Shown: piece by piece, positions 1-12,177 of the stretch
Numbering within the stretch: the stretch's first letter is position 1
Layout of the letters: the number at the start of each line of letters is the position of its first letter
Assembly (NCBI RefSeq): GCF_001194135.2
Contig: NC_068994.1
Location: 44,423,902-44,462,178 of the forward strand
Source of the DNA: Octopus bimaculoides
Taxonomy: Eukaryota
Direction of reading: 5' to 3'
DNA: 38,277 nt
The notes under the pieces: generated by a model
What the model saw: only the letters and a program-made list of their open reading frames with translations
What the model was told of the DNA's origin: nothing
Database searches by the model: none
Translations under genes and position numbers: made by a program

Positions 1-429
1 ATATATATATATATATATGTTTGTATGTATGTATGCATGTGTATGTGTATATATATATATGTATGTGTGTGTATATATATATACATATATATATATACAC
101 ACATACATGAGTGGTATATATGGATTCAGAGAATTGTGTGGCTTTTACAGTAAGCTTTCATATGGACTCAGCTATTAGCCCACATAGTAATTGACTGTGA
201 AGTAAGGTAAAGTAAAGCATCTCTGCAACTGAAAATCCAGAAAATCCAAGTGATAAAATTATTTTGTGAAAAGTATATAAGCATCAAGTTAGTGGGTATA
301 AGAAGTGAATGTATATTTATTTAATCACACTATCTTTCATAGGATTATGAACATTCACAAACTTCTTTACATAGTATTATGAAATTATGCATACATGCTT
401 GCGTTAATATGTATACAATTGTATATATA

Positions 430-790
430 AAAATCAGAATCAAAATCAAAATGGAAATTGTAGTTGTGGCCGATACCAGTGCCACCTGACTGGCACCCAT
501 GATGGTGGCACGTAATAAGCACTATTCAAGCGTGAGTTGATGCCACTGCCACCCGACTGGCTCCCCATGCTGGTGGCATGTAAAAAGCACCATCCAAATA
601 CAGTTAATGCCAGTGCTCTTCAACTGGCTCTCATACCAGTGACTACACTCTCGGAGTGGTTGGCATTAGGAAAGGCATCCAGCTGTAGAAACCTTGCCAG
701 ATTAGATTGGAGCCTAGTGCAGCCTACTGACTTGCCAGTCCTCAGTTAAACCGTCCAACCCATGCCAGCATGGAAAGCGAATGATGATGT
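430..790 (+). mobile_element. 3' end of RTE-type LINE (or derived non-autonomous element) with GAT tail
   Basis: Shares 'ggcattaggaa.ggcatccagctg...ccaacccatgccagcatg.aaag' with copies at 7505 and 9300; ends in gatgatgat; RTE assignment is from recalled family structure. Confidence 0.75.
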
Positions 791-1199
791 GGTGGTGGTG
801 GTTCACAAATCAATGCAAATAAAGAAGATTAGCTCTTCAGATGACCAGAAAATCATGGTTACATCAACAGTTCAACTCTAGATAAACACACAAAATTTAC
901 TTTCATTTAAATAATGAATGGAAGGCTAGAACTGGACAAAATCAATGTAATTTTGCCTACTTCCAACCTTCATCAACAAATGGTAGAAGTTAGCATACTT
1001 CTAGATCAAATGTGTAGTCTAAACATTTCTATCATGTATTAGTCATAAACTCCCCAATGTTGGTTTTTACTAAGAATAATATATATAACTGAATGGCAAA
1101 CAGAATGGATTCTTCTGGTCAAACACTCCCTCAGAAAGAGTTCATACATGGGTTTACATGCTGGTATGGGATGGATATTATTAAATTTAAAGTGTGTCT

Positions 1200-1325
1200 G
1201 TATGCATGTACATATGTATGTGTGTATGTTTGTGTGTGTGTATACACACACACACATACACACATACATACATACATACATACATATATACATACATACA
1301 TACATACATACATGTATGTCTATGT
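1200..1325. repeat. Compound (TG)n/(CA)n/(TACA)n microsatellite
   Basis: Directly visible. Confidence 0.95.
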
Positions 1326-1945
1326 TTATACGTTTACATCAATCATAGTTGTGTAATATAAAAGCATACATCAGTGCCAAGCAACATGCCATCTTAAAGA
1401 TAGCATGTTAGCACCCATATAAAGTAGAAAGATATGTAGTTGTGTGTGTGTTTATGTAAAGTAAACAGAGATTTCATACTTGGACTATGGTTTCATTTGA
1501 TCAACTGATTCACATAACCAGATTTAAAAGTAATAACAATAAGGTTTTAGGTGATGTAACTAGAGCAGGTCATTGTTTGTTATCCGTCACACACCAAAGG
1601 TATGATTCTATAACCCTATAACAGCTCAGAGTCAAATATTAATTTCAAATTCTCTTTTTAATGTTAATATTAGAGATTTGAGCAAGGTTTTATAGGCAGA
1701 AAGATCATAAGTAATTTCACAATGTTTCGACTGTTACTTCTCAATATCTTCCACTTTTAATATCACATGAGTTACAATAAATGTGTGATTATTAAAAGCA
1801 TGAATTTGTTTTCAGACAAAAAGAATATAGGACATACACACACATACACACATATACTTTAATATAAATTACCTGTCCTTATCTTGAAGTGTCTATTTTC
1901 CTTTGCCATTGGCATGTGTGTATATATATATATATATATTATATA

Positions 1946-1997
<52 letters not shown>

Positions 1998-2686
1998 GGT
2001 TCAATTCTGGCTGGGGTCAGCTCATCATTTTTCAGTCAATTGTTTATATATAAATGTCACATTAAATTGGAGTGTATATATATATTATTATTATTATGAT
2101 ATCTCATTACACAGTTATTATTGTACTAATAAACTTCCATAATCACTCTATCTCCATAACTTACAAAGTCTTCTGGTTCGTTTACAAATGTTATATGTAG
2201 TATTGGATAGTTAAAGAATATATTCATAAAATTTGGCTGAAATTGAAGGATGAGCATTTTGCCCAATCAGATGTGCAAGGAGCCATGTAAGCGTTGATTT
2301 GTGGTTTCGATTCTGACTAGGGTTAGCTCATCATTTTTCAGTCAATTGTTTATATATGTATAGAATAAAGCTATAATCATTCCTCAGGTGTGTAAGAGAG
2401 AGTAATGACATACACACACAGGTGTTGTTATGATAACCAGTCTGCTTCCTGTGGGTTTTTTTTCTATTGTTTAATGAACAAAATCTACATGAAACAGACT
2501 GTATTATATATTATAATATATATGCAATACATATATATATACATATATATATACTATATATACACAATCATATATATACATATATAAAATATATACATAC
2601 TACATATACACACAATACACACATGTATTATATAAATATTAGACAAGTGTGCATGTGCCTGTAAATGAATAGATAGATAGATAGCT

Positions 2687-2922
2687 AAAGGCGGTGAACT
2701 GGCAGACTCATTAGCACGCCAGGTGAAATGCTTAGCTGTATTTTGTCTGCCACTATGTTCTGAGTTCAAATTCCGCCAAGGACAACTTTGCCTTTCATCC
2801 TTTTGCCGTCGATTAAATAAGTGCCAGTTATGCACTGGGGTCAATATAATCGACTTAATCCGTTTGTCTGTCCTTGTTTGTCCCCTCTGCATATAGCCCC
2901 TTGTGAGCAGTAAAGAAACAAG
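2687..2922 (+). mobile_element. tRNA-derived SINE, family B
   Basis: Head aaggcggtgaactggcagactc (A-box-like), gagttcaaattcc (B-box), body gcctttcatcc...aagtgccagtt..actggggtc; homologous to 12556, 17808 and 20451. Confidence 0.85.
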
Positions 2923-2946
2923 ATAGATAGATAGATAGACACACAC

Positions 2947-2989
<43 letters not shown>

Positions 2990-3023
2990 CACACACAGAT
3001 AGATAGATAGATAGATAAATAGA
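2922..3023. repeat. (GATA)n microsatellite with two GACACACACA interruptions
   Basis: Directly visible. Confidence 0.95.
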
Positions 3024-3382
3024 TTTGGAAGAACTAACAAGAGAAAGAGCACTCAATAAATATTGTAGAGTTGATATTAGTGTTTTCAGAACTGATGATT
3101 CATATAGGCAGCAAGAGTGTGAATCATCAGCTTTAAATGAATGCGTACATATATGTGTGTGTTTGTATAATATATATCATAACATACATATATATAAAGA
3201 TGGGGCACGATAAAGTGTGACACACAACTAAAATTGGATTCAGTAGTCTCTATTATTATGTAATTATTTCGGCCATTTGATGAAACACGTATATGGCACA
3301 TAGAGCTTTGACTACCACACTTGTTTTCCGTATCTGTGCATGTGTGTGTGTGAGAGTGTATATATTTATATATATACACATG

Positions 3383-3427
<45 letters not shown>

Positions 3428-3857
3428 NNNNNNNNNNNNNNNNNNNNNNNNNNNNNNNNNNNNNNNNNNNNNNNNNNNNNNNNNNNNNNNNNNNNNNNNN
3501 NNNNNNNNNNNNNNNNNNNNNNNNNNNNNNNNNNNNNNNNNNNNNNNNNNNNNNNNNNNNNNNNNNNNNNNNNNNNNNNNNNNNNNNNNNNNNNNNNNNN
3601 NNNNNNNNNNNNNNNNNNNNNNNNNNNNNNNNNNNNNNNNNNNNNNNNNNNNNNNNNNNNNNNNNNNNNNNNNNNNNNNNNNNNNNNNNNNNNNNNNNNN
3701 NNNNNNNNNNNNNNNNNNNNNNNNNNNNNNNNNNNNNNNNNNNNNNNNNNNNNNNNNNNNNNNNNNNNNNNNNNNNNNNNNNNNNNNNNNNNNNNNNNNN
3801 NNNNNNNNNNNNNNNNNNNNNNNNNNNNNNNNNTATACATACATACATACATACGTA

Positions 3858-4017
3858 TACAACAGGTTTCTTTCAGTTTCAATCTACCAAACCCACTTAA
3901 GGCTTTGATTGGTTAGAGGATATAGAAGAAAACACTTGTCCAAGGTGCTATGCGGTTGGACTGAACCCAGAACCATGTGGCTGGAAAGCAAGTTCCTTAC
4001 CACAAAGCCCTCTCTGC
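3858..4017 (-). mobile_element. tRNA-derived SINE family A (CORE-like), 5' half
   Basis: Reverse complement reads gtggtaaggaacttgc...ggttctgggttcagtcc...gcaccttggacaagtgttttc; homologous to 17327-17727. Confidence 0.85.
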
Positions 4018-5404
4018 ATATATATATATATATATATATATACATATGTGTGTCCGTAAATGTGTGCAAATATATGCATTTATGTATGTGCGTGTGTGTG
4101 TGTGCGTATCTGTGTTTGTGTGTCTATGCCTATATATTTGTTCATTCATTTATCTGTATTAACATTTGTTAATTTGGGTGATTTGAGAAAGCATTCTTGA
4201 ATCAGATGCTCCTTTTGTTGTCAACCCTTGCTTCATAATTAAGGGATTGTTTATTCTGCTGGACTGGTCTTCAAAAGTGCAAAGCAACTGGTTGTAATGT
4301 CAGCCAGCAATGTAAATATCATTTCACCATTTTGTTCAGATGGTGACAAGGGAAGCCATGGAATGTCATCGTTTGCAGACACTCATACACTCACAGTTAC
4401 ACAAATATACAAACATTTATAGAAACACATATATACACATATATATTATGTATGCATATATGTATGTATGTACATATGTATGTATCTATGTATGCATATG
4501 TGTATGCATATATATATATATATATGTATTCACATACTGATATATATACACATATATATGTGTGTATATATATATATACACACACACACACACAGTTAAA
4601 TATATATATGCATATTTGTATGTATGTATGGACACTAATATTTTGACTTTGGCTTATTCCTCTCTGTACAACTAGTATACTACTACTACTAATATATATG
4701 AATATATAAATATATATACACGTATATATATATGTGCATATATATATATGTGTGTATGTATATANNNNNNNNNNNNNNNNNNNNNNNNNNNNNNNNNNNN
4801 NNNNNNNNNNNNNNNNNNNNNNNNNNNNNNNNNNNNNNNNNNNNNNNNNNNNNNNNNNNNNNNNNNNNNNNNNNNNNNNNNNNNNNNNNNNNNNNNNNNN
4901 NNNNNNNNNNNNNNNNNNNNNNNNNNNNNNNNNNNNNNNNNNNNNNNNNNNNNNNNNNNNNNNNNNNNNNNNNNNNNNNNNNNNNNNNNNNNNNNNNNNN
5001 NNNNNNNNNNNNNNNNNNNNNNNNNNNNNNNNNNNNNNNNNNNNNNNNNNNNNNNNNNNNNNNNNNNNNNNNNNNNNNNNNNNNNNNNNNNNNNNNNNNN
5101 NNNNNNNNNNNNNNNNNNNNNNNNNNNNNNNNNNNNNNNNNNNNNNNNNNNNNNNNNNNNNNNNNNNNNNNNNNNNNNNNNNNNNNNNNNNNNNNNNNNN
5201 NNNNNNNNNNNNNNNNNNNNNNNNNNNNNNNNNNNNNNNNNNNNNNNNNNNNNNNNNNNNNNNNNNNNNNNNNNNNNNNNNNNNNNNNNNNNNNNNNNNN
5301 NNNNNNNNNNNNNNNNNNNNNNNNNNNNTTTTTTTTTTTTTTTTTTTTTTGCAAAACTCTTTCCTACATGATCAAAATCACTTACCTGATGATACTGTGC
5401 TAGC

Positions 5405-5570
5405 CAGGTCCCAATAACTAACTTCTTAACCATTGCCATCCTCAGTCCCTTTGATTGAAACACACTCTTTCAAATTTCAAATGTTTCCTGAAGTTCTGCA
5501 GTTGATTCTGTAATGAAAGGTCACCTGCATATAGCAGTTCCCTGTGTACCAAGTTTTACATGCTTCCACG
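5405..5570 (-). pseudogene. Degenerate RTE-clade LINE reverse transcriptase fragment (YADD region)
   Basis: Minus strand translates, across a frameshift, as VHRELLYAGDL then FITESTAELQETFEI*KSVFQSKGLRMAMVKKLVIG, matching the RTE motif WELLYADDL.L.AES..ELQ..F..WK..LESKGLRVN. Confidence 0.8.
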
Positions 5571-6452
5571 AGAGATTCACATTTTTACTGCCGTTTTCAG
5601 AATTCCCTCATTCAGTATCAGTTAACCCTTCTGATACTAAACTGTTTGAGGTTGCCTCAAGATCTACGATACAAAGCATAACTTTGTATTTTTGTTTTTG
5701 TATCTTTTAGTATTTAAATATAAACCCTGAACAGTAATTTTCCCTGAGAAGTTATTATTAAGTTATGATCGTCCAAACACCATCTTAAGAAAAGAAGAAT
5801 TAATTATTTTACTATCCACTTTCAAATTCTTGATTATTTCCAAACATTCTTGAAACATATAAGCAGTGCATTTCCCTGGAACCATGGTAATGAAATGATT
5901 AAATAGCCAGGATCTTAACAACTACATCACATAACTTTGACAATCTTCTTGTATAATACTACTACAACTACTACTGCTGCTACCACTATTTTATCTACTT
6001 CAGGAACAGTGAAAGACTGCTATAGTACTGATGGCCAGATTTGCACCTAGAACATCAAACTACCAAACTAAACAATCTTGTATTATCCAGTCTAGTTTCC
6101 CTGCAAACTGTTCAGGTTCATGCATCATAATAAGAAGAAAAGGATTAGAAACAGAACCCCAATGAATATTTACTCACTTTTCAAAATCTGTGTGGTCTGT
6201 ATAATAAACACGCAATCTACTCCAGCAGACAGACAGACAGATAGACAGACAGGCAGCTAAATCTTTACAGTCAGGAAGTATCTTATGGATTAGACAACTA
6301 CAACCTTACCTAAAGAAAGTGAATTGCTTTATCACAGGAATCATTAAAAACTATTAATATTTTCCATTAACATCTGGAATTACAGAATGGAAATGATGAA
6401 GTATATATTTACATGAACAGCATGAACGTTAGTGATGTTGTTCAAAACGCTG

Positions 6453-6550
6453 TGTGTGTGCGTGTGTGTGCACGCGTGTGTGTGCACGCGTGTGTGTGTG
6501 TGTGTGTGTGTGTGCGTGTGTGTGTGCTCTTGTGTGTTCATGTGTGTGTA
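6453..6550. repeat. (TG)n tract with repeated gtgcacgcgtg
   Basis: Directly visible alternating purine-pyrimidine tract. Confidence 0.9.
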
Positions 6551-6620
6551 GGCAATGAATACAGCAATAGGGAAAAGTGGTTTATATTTACCACACATGT
6601 GAATACAGCTGAGGATTGTC

Positions 6621-6736
<116 letters not shown>

Positions 6737-6940
6737 AGGCACAAATACACTGACGTTACTGGGAACATGGTTCACAGTGTGTATTGGCCACAAACTTGTA
6801 CGAAAACAACTGTTAATGAAAATATGGTTTATATTTACCACAACCATAAATACAGCTAGTGTGTTGCAAGACATGATTACAGTTGCCTCTAATGTGTTTA
6901 TAGATAAATAGATAGAGAGAGAGAGAGAGAGAGAGAATAT

Positions 6941-7110
6941 GCATGGCAGTAAGGTTAAGAACTTGGCTTCCCAACCATGCAGTTTTGGGTTCAGTCCTAC
7001 ATGGCAGCACTATAGGCAAGTGCATTCTACTGTAGCTTAAGTTCAATCAAATCCAATCAAAGCATTGTGAGTGGATTTGGCTGATGGAAACTAAAAGAAA
7101 CCTGTTGTAT
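6941..7110 (+). mobile_element. SINE family A, 5' half, diverged
   Basis: gcatggcagtaagg...gggttcagtcc...ggcaagtg...ttgtgagtggatttgg..gatggaaactaaaagaaacc. Confidence 0.8.
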
Positions 7111-7467
7111 ATGTATATATAAACGTGAGTGTGTGTGTGCTCGCATGCACGCATGTGTGTGCACATGTGTGTGTCTGCATGTTTGTTTCCATTTGGGAAT
7201 CAACAAACAAATGTTGCTTGCTGCAAGCTGTTGTTGTCATTTATTCTGTCAACAAATCACCTGTTTACTTCAATACCTTCAAAGATATGTGAAATAAAAG
7301 ATCTCTTACTTGAGAAACAAGTAAAGGTTTGTGACAGGAAGAGCATTGAGATGGAAAACAATGCCTCAGTTATGTATATGCTAATCTATGCTAACATAGA
7401 AAAACCAGATATGAAAATGGATGCAATACACATATACGTGTGTTTATATGTACATGCACACATACAC

Positions 7468-7499
<32 letters not shown>

Positions 7500-7504
7500 A
7501 TAAT

Positions 7505-7697
7505 TACCCATGATGGTGACACTTAAAAGCACCCGTGCTGATGAGTTGTAAAAGGCACCCACTATATTCTCGGATTGGTTGGCATTAGGAAGAGCATCCA
7601 GCTGCTGTAACCTAGCCAATACAGCTCTCCAGCTTACAAGTTCTAGTCAAACCATCCAACCCATGCCAGCATGAAAAGATGACACTAAATGATGATG
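7505..7697 (+). mobile_element. RTE-type LINE 3' end with GAT tail
   Basis: Homologous to 560-790; ends aaatgatgatg. Confidence 0.75.
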
Positions 7698-8404
7698 AAT
7701 TCAGATAGTAGTATGTCTGATGATGTAAGGATTCAAGTACATACAATTATTGTTCAGATTGACTTGTTGCCTAAACTCCAACTTGAACTACAACTCAAAA
7801 AAATCAGACATGTCATAGCTGCCTAATGAAGATTGGCTATAGATAGTGTTTCAATTGAGCAGGTACATGTATAGTAGAATAAAAGCATAAACAACTGGTG
7901 TCAGACCAGATTATGACATTTATATATTTAAACATTGACATAACATGAAGGTAGAATTGAATGTTACAGGAGTTTAGATCACAAGAGGTTAATAAAAGAT
8001 TCGCTGAGGAATGATCATAAGGCTTATGGTACGTGTTGCCATTCTACAGGAACAGTTATACGGTAAGTCCAAATTATTAGTGTAAGGTAAAGGTGAGTCA
8101 TCGTAGGTAGATAAAATCCAAAACCGGATGAGGAGAAAGGAAGAAGGAAAGAAGGTGTTCAGGTAATTTCTCACAGATGTTTCTAGAAATAATGCACATA
8201 TGGTGCATTTCTCTGCATGCAAGCTGCCAATAGGAAAATGGCCATGCACAATCAACAAATTATATTATCGGAGATGTGTGTGTGTGTGTGTGTGTGTACT
8301 ATTCATAGTACTACATGCGTATGATTCAGTAACAGATAGTACTACTATATATTTTGAAATAACGTGATACTATATGCATAGTTTGTGGCTGTGTAAAAGG
8401 TAAT

Positions 8405-8649
8405 GGTTACCTTTTCAAGTCATACAGACTCATAAGGGCCGATTTCTTGGTTTCATGACGTATATATTCTCCACCTGGACAGGATGCCAGTCCATTGCAG
8501 GATTACTCATTTTTGCCAGTTGAATGGACTGGAGTAGCATGAAATGAGGTGCTTTGCTCAAGAACAATGCATCATCCGGTCCAGGAAGCAAAACCACAAG
8601 CTTGCGATCATGAGTCCAGCATCCTAACCACTAAGCCATGCACCTCCAC
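8405..8649 (-). mobile_element. tRNA-derived SINE family C (Meta/V-like central domain)
   Basis: Reverse complement: gtggaggtgcatggcttagtggttagg (A box)...ttcttgagcaaagc...cctgcaatggactggcatcctgtccagg; domain naming is from memory. Confidence 0.8.
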
Positions 8650-8807
8650 TGTGGTTCAGTGGTTAAGATGCTCGCTTCCCAACCATGTGGCCTTGAGTTC
8701 ATTTCTCTTTCACAAGCACCTTAGGCATTTCCTATTGTAGACTTGGGCTGATCAAAGCCTTGTGAGTGGATTTGGTAAGCAGAAAATGAAAGAAACTGAC
8801 TGTTTAT

Positions 8808-8808
<1 letters not shown>
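8650..8808 (+). mobile_element. SINE family A, 5' half
   Basis: gtggttcagtggttaag...caaagccttgtgagtggatttggt..gaaaatgaaagaaac. Confidence 0.8.
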
Positions 8809-8869
<61 letters not shown>

Positions 8870-8878
8870 TATATTGTT

Positions 8879-9182
8879 ATTCTTTTATTTGTTTCAGTGG
8901 TTATGCTGGAGCACCACCTTTAGTTGAACAAATCAACCCCAGGACTTTTTCTTTGTAAGCCTAGTACTTATTCTATCGATCTCTTTGGCTGAACCACTAA
9001 GTTACAGGGACGTAAACACACCAACATCAGTTGTCAAGTGATGGGTGGGGGGGGGACAAACATACACATACATGCACATGCACACAAACACACACACACA
9101 TACATGCACATGCACACAAACACACACACACATACATATATGTATATACAATGGGCTTCTTTCAGTTTCTGTCTTCCACAAT
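8879..9182 (-). mobile_element. SINE family A, 3' part with internal (CA)n
   Basis: Reverse complement of tail: acaactgatgttggtgtgtttacgtccctgtaacttagtggttcagc...aagtactaggcttacaaag...ggtgctccagcat. Confidence 0.85.
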
Positions 9183-9185
9183 ATG

Positions 9186-9230
<45 letters not shown>

Positions 9231-9281
9231 CCTTGTCTAGACTTCACACAATGTTTATAAATAAGCATCATAATCAAACCA

Positions 9282-9466
9282 GCAAGGGTGTTCATTTCCA
9301 GTCTTCCATGAAAAAACACATCTGGCCACGGGGAAATATTATTTCACTTGAAAAACAAATAAGGGTTGGTAACAGGAAGGGCATCCAGCTGTAGAAAAAT
9401 CTACTTCAACAAATTCCATCTGACCCATGCAAGCATAGAAAAGTGAACATCAAATGATGATAATAA
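9282..9466 (+). mobile_element. RTE-type LINE 3' end (related subfamily)
   Basis: aggaagggcatccagctgtagaaa...gacccatgcaagcatagaaaag...aaatgatgataataa. Confidence 0.7.
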
Positions 9467-9877
9467 TTCAATAAGATATATCACCTAATATTTCATAATA
9501 GAACAACAATTGATTAATAACCAATAATATCTTATATTGTAATATACTACCTGCTAATTAACACACTATACAGGTGACTTACTACCTTAACACTTACTGT
9601 GGAAATCAGGTATATCCATTCAAAATTTCATTACCTTTCGCTGAGGAAAGCAGTTTTATATACCAATCTATCTTTTATTGAGGAATGTCATGTTTGATGC
9701 TATTTTCTGTGGAGATGTGTCCAGTTTATTGAGGCAATGGGATTTGCAGAAAATACCAATTCTGTTTTTTTTTTGTTTTTTTTTTTTATAGATATTTAAC
9801 ATCGTTACTGGAATAACCACAAAATTTCTATTTTGCAGTTAAAGGGCTTGATAGTTAGTATAAAGAAAAATACACAA

Positions 9878-10226
9878 TCATCATCATCATCATCACCACC
9901 ACCACTACCACCATCATCATTGTCGTTGTCATCATCATTATTATCGTCGTTGTCGTCATTGTTGTCAACGTCCTCATCGTCGTCGTCATTATCATCATTA
10001 TCATAATCATCATCATCATCATTATCACCATCATCACCACCATCCTCATCACCACCATCATCACCATCATCATCATCACATCACCATCATCATTATCATC
10101 ACCATCATCATAATCATTATCATCNNNNNNNNNNCCACCATCCTCATCACCACCATCATCACCATCATCATCATCACATCACCATCATCATTATCATCAT
10201 AATCATTATCATCATCATCCTCATCC

Positions 10227-10262
<36 letters not shown>

Positions 10263-10460
10263 CCACCATCATTATCATCATTATCATAATCATCATCATC
10301 ATCACCATCATCACCACCATCCTCATCACCACCATCATCACCATCATCATCATCACATCACCATCATCATTATCATCACCATCATCATAATCATTATCAT
10401 CATCATTATCATCATCATCCTCATCATCATCTTCATCATCATCACCACCATCATTATCAT
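9878..10460. repeat. Long imperfect (CAT/CAC/CGT)n trinucleotide array with internal gap
   Basis: Directly visible; source of the poly-Met ORFs. Confidence 0.95.
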
Positions 10461-11107
10461 TTTTACGTGCACTTTACCTTGTCGATGTAGGTGATGTCCA
10501 AGCCTCTTTTTTTAGTTGCCTCTCACGACACACGTAATAGAATACCTTTCCTTCCCCGTAATATATGCTGAACCTGTTCTAACATTCTAGATATACATGG
10601 TTTCATGAGAGAAAACAAACAACAATATTACATGATATTCACACCTTTCTTAAAAGGAGTGACATGGACGAGAGAGCAATCGAAAGACAATTGCGTATAT
10701 AGACCATGTGATAGGCTTAGCTCACTGTGTGGTTATTACTTCCACTTTACAGCACACATGGATAAGTCAGTGACAAAATTTCACTAACATATTATGTTTT
10801 ATAGCTTACCATAATATTTTCTATATATAGTAACTTACTAAAATATAGCATGCTTTATGCTAAGCAATATACAGTACGATCTCATAAATTTAGATGTATG
10901 TATCTGTACAATAACTAACATACATTTATTTCATTGAAAAATATTATGATGTAAGAAATTTCTGAGGAATATCAGCTAGATATTGAAATATTATTTCAAG
11001 GCTTCAATAAAAAGATTTTATTAAATTGCACAGCACGAATATCGAGAATTAAATTTTTATCTGTTACATCTCAGGCAAGCCACAATATACATACATATAT
11101 ATGTCTC

Positions 11108-11108
<1 letters not shown>

Positions 11109-11138
<30 letters not shown>

Positions 11139-11141
11139 GTG

Positions 11142-11186
<45 letters not shown>

Positions 11187-11213
11187 GTGTATATATGTAT
11201 ATTTATATATGTG

Positions 11214-11280
<67 letters not shown>

Positions 11281-11397
11281 ATATATATATATATGTGTGT
11301 ATATATGTATATATATACATATGTGTATATATATTTATCTGTATATATATATATATCTATATATATATGTATATATATATATATCTATATATATATG

Positions 11398-11432
<35 letters not shown>

Positions 11433-11445
11433 ATATATATATATA
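11109..11445. repeat. Compound (TG)n(TA)n microsatellite
   Basis: Directly visible. Confidence 0.95.
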
Positions 11446-12071
11446 CTGCACAGTTCCCAATATGCTGGGAAAACTCTTCTTTTGCATAATAATATAAAAG
11501 AAAATATACAATAAAAAAAAGAACAACTTACATGGATAAATATTGTTGTTGTTTTTTACATATATTTCTTTAATCATATTTATAATTGGTGTAATAAAAT
11601 AGATATTTATCTAGAAAGTCATTAGAGGTTTGTTGGGTGGGGGTTGTCAATAATTTTACAGCTTCTTAAACATATAAAGATAACTGAAAGGCTCTTTGCT
11701 GATGATGTAGTAAATCTCCCATCTCCAGTTGATTGCTGAAACTTTAACAATATTACTACAAATCGAAAAAGATGTGTGTATGTGTGTAATATATTAAGAT
11801 ATAGAATTTATATGAAGGATTTACAGAATGAAAATTGAAATGTATGCATCCTATCACCCTGTTAGTTGGAGATCCTTAAATATTCTCGATCATTTCAACA
11901 CTGGGTCATTCTAGGTCAATGGGTCATTCTACTGAGCTACCTAGCAGGTTAACTAATCCTCTAAGAAGTTTTTAAAGATGAGGACTTAATTACATTTCAT
12001 GAAAATCCATCCCATCCCATCACATCACCAACCAAGCTTAATTTTAGCTTGATGTAACAGAGTCCTATCTC

Positions 12072-12177
<106 letters not shown>

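Noticed and set aside
5381-5390. Strong minus-strand donor CAG|gtaagt
   Set aside because: Abuts the decayed RTE RT fragment; the putative exon has stops in all frames
7538-7570. CTGATGAG in the LINE 3' end
   Set aside because: Mutated version of the family sequence (gctggtggcatg); no GAAA or stems
9855-10356. Poly-Met / poly-His / poly-Ser ORFs
   Set aside because: Translations of the (CAT)n array; frame-breaking variants are tolerated, so there is no coding constraint
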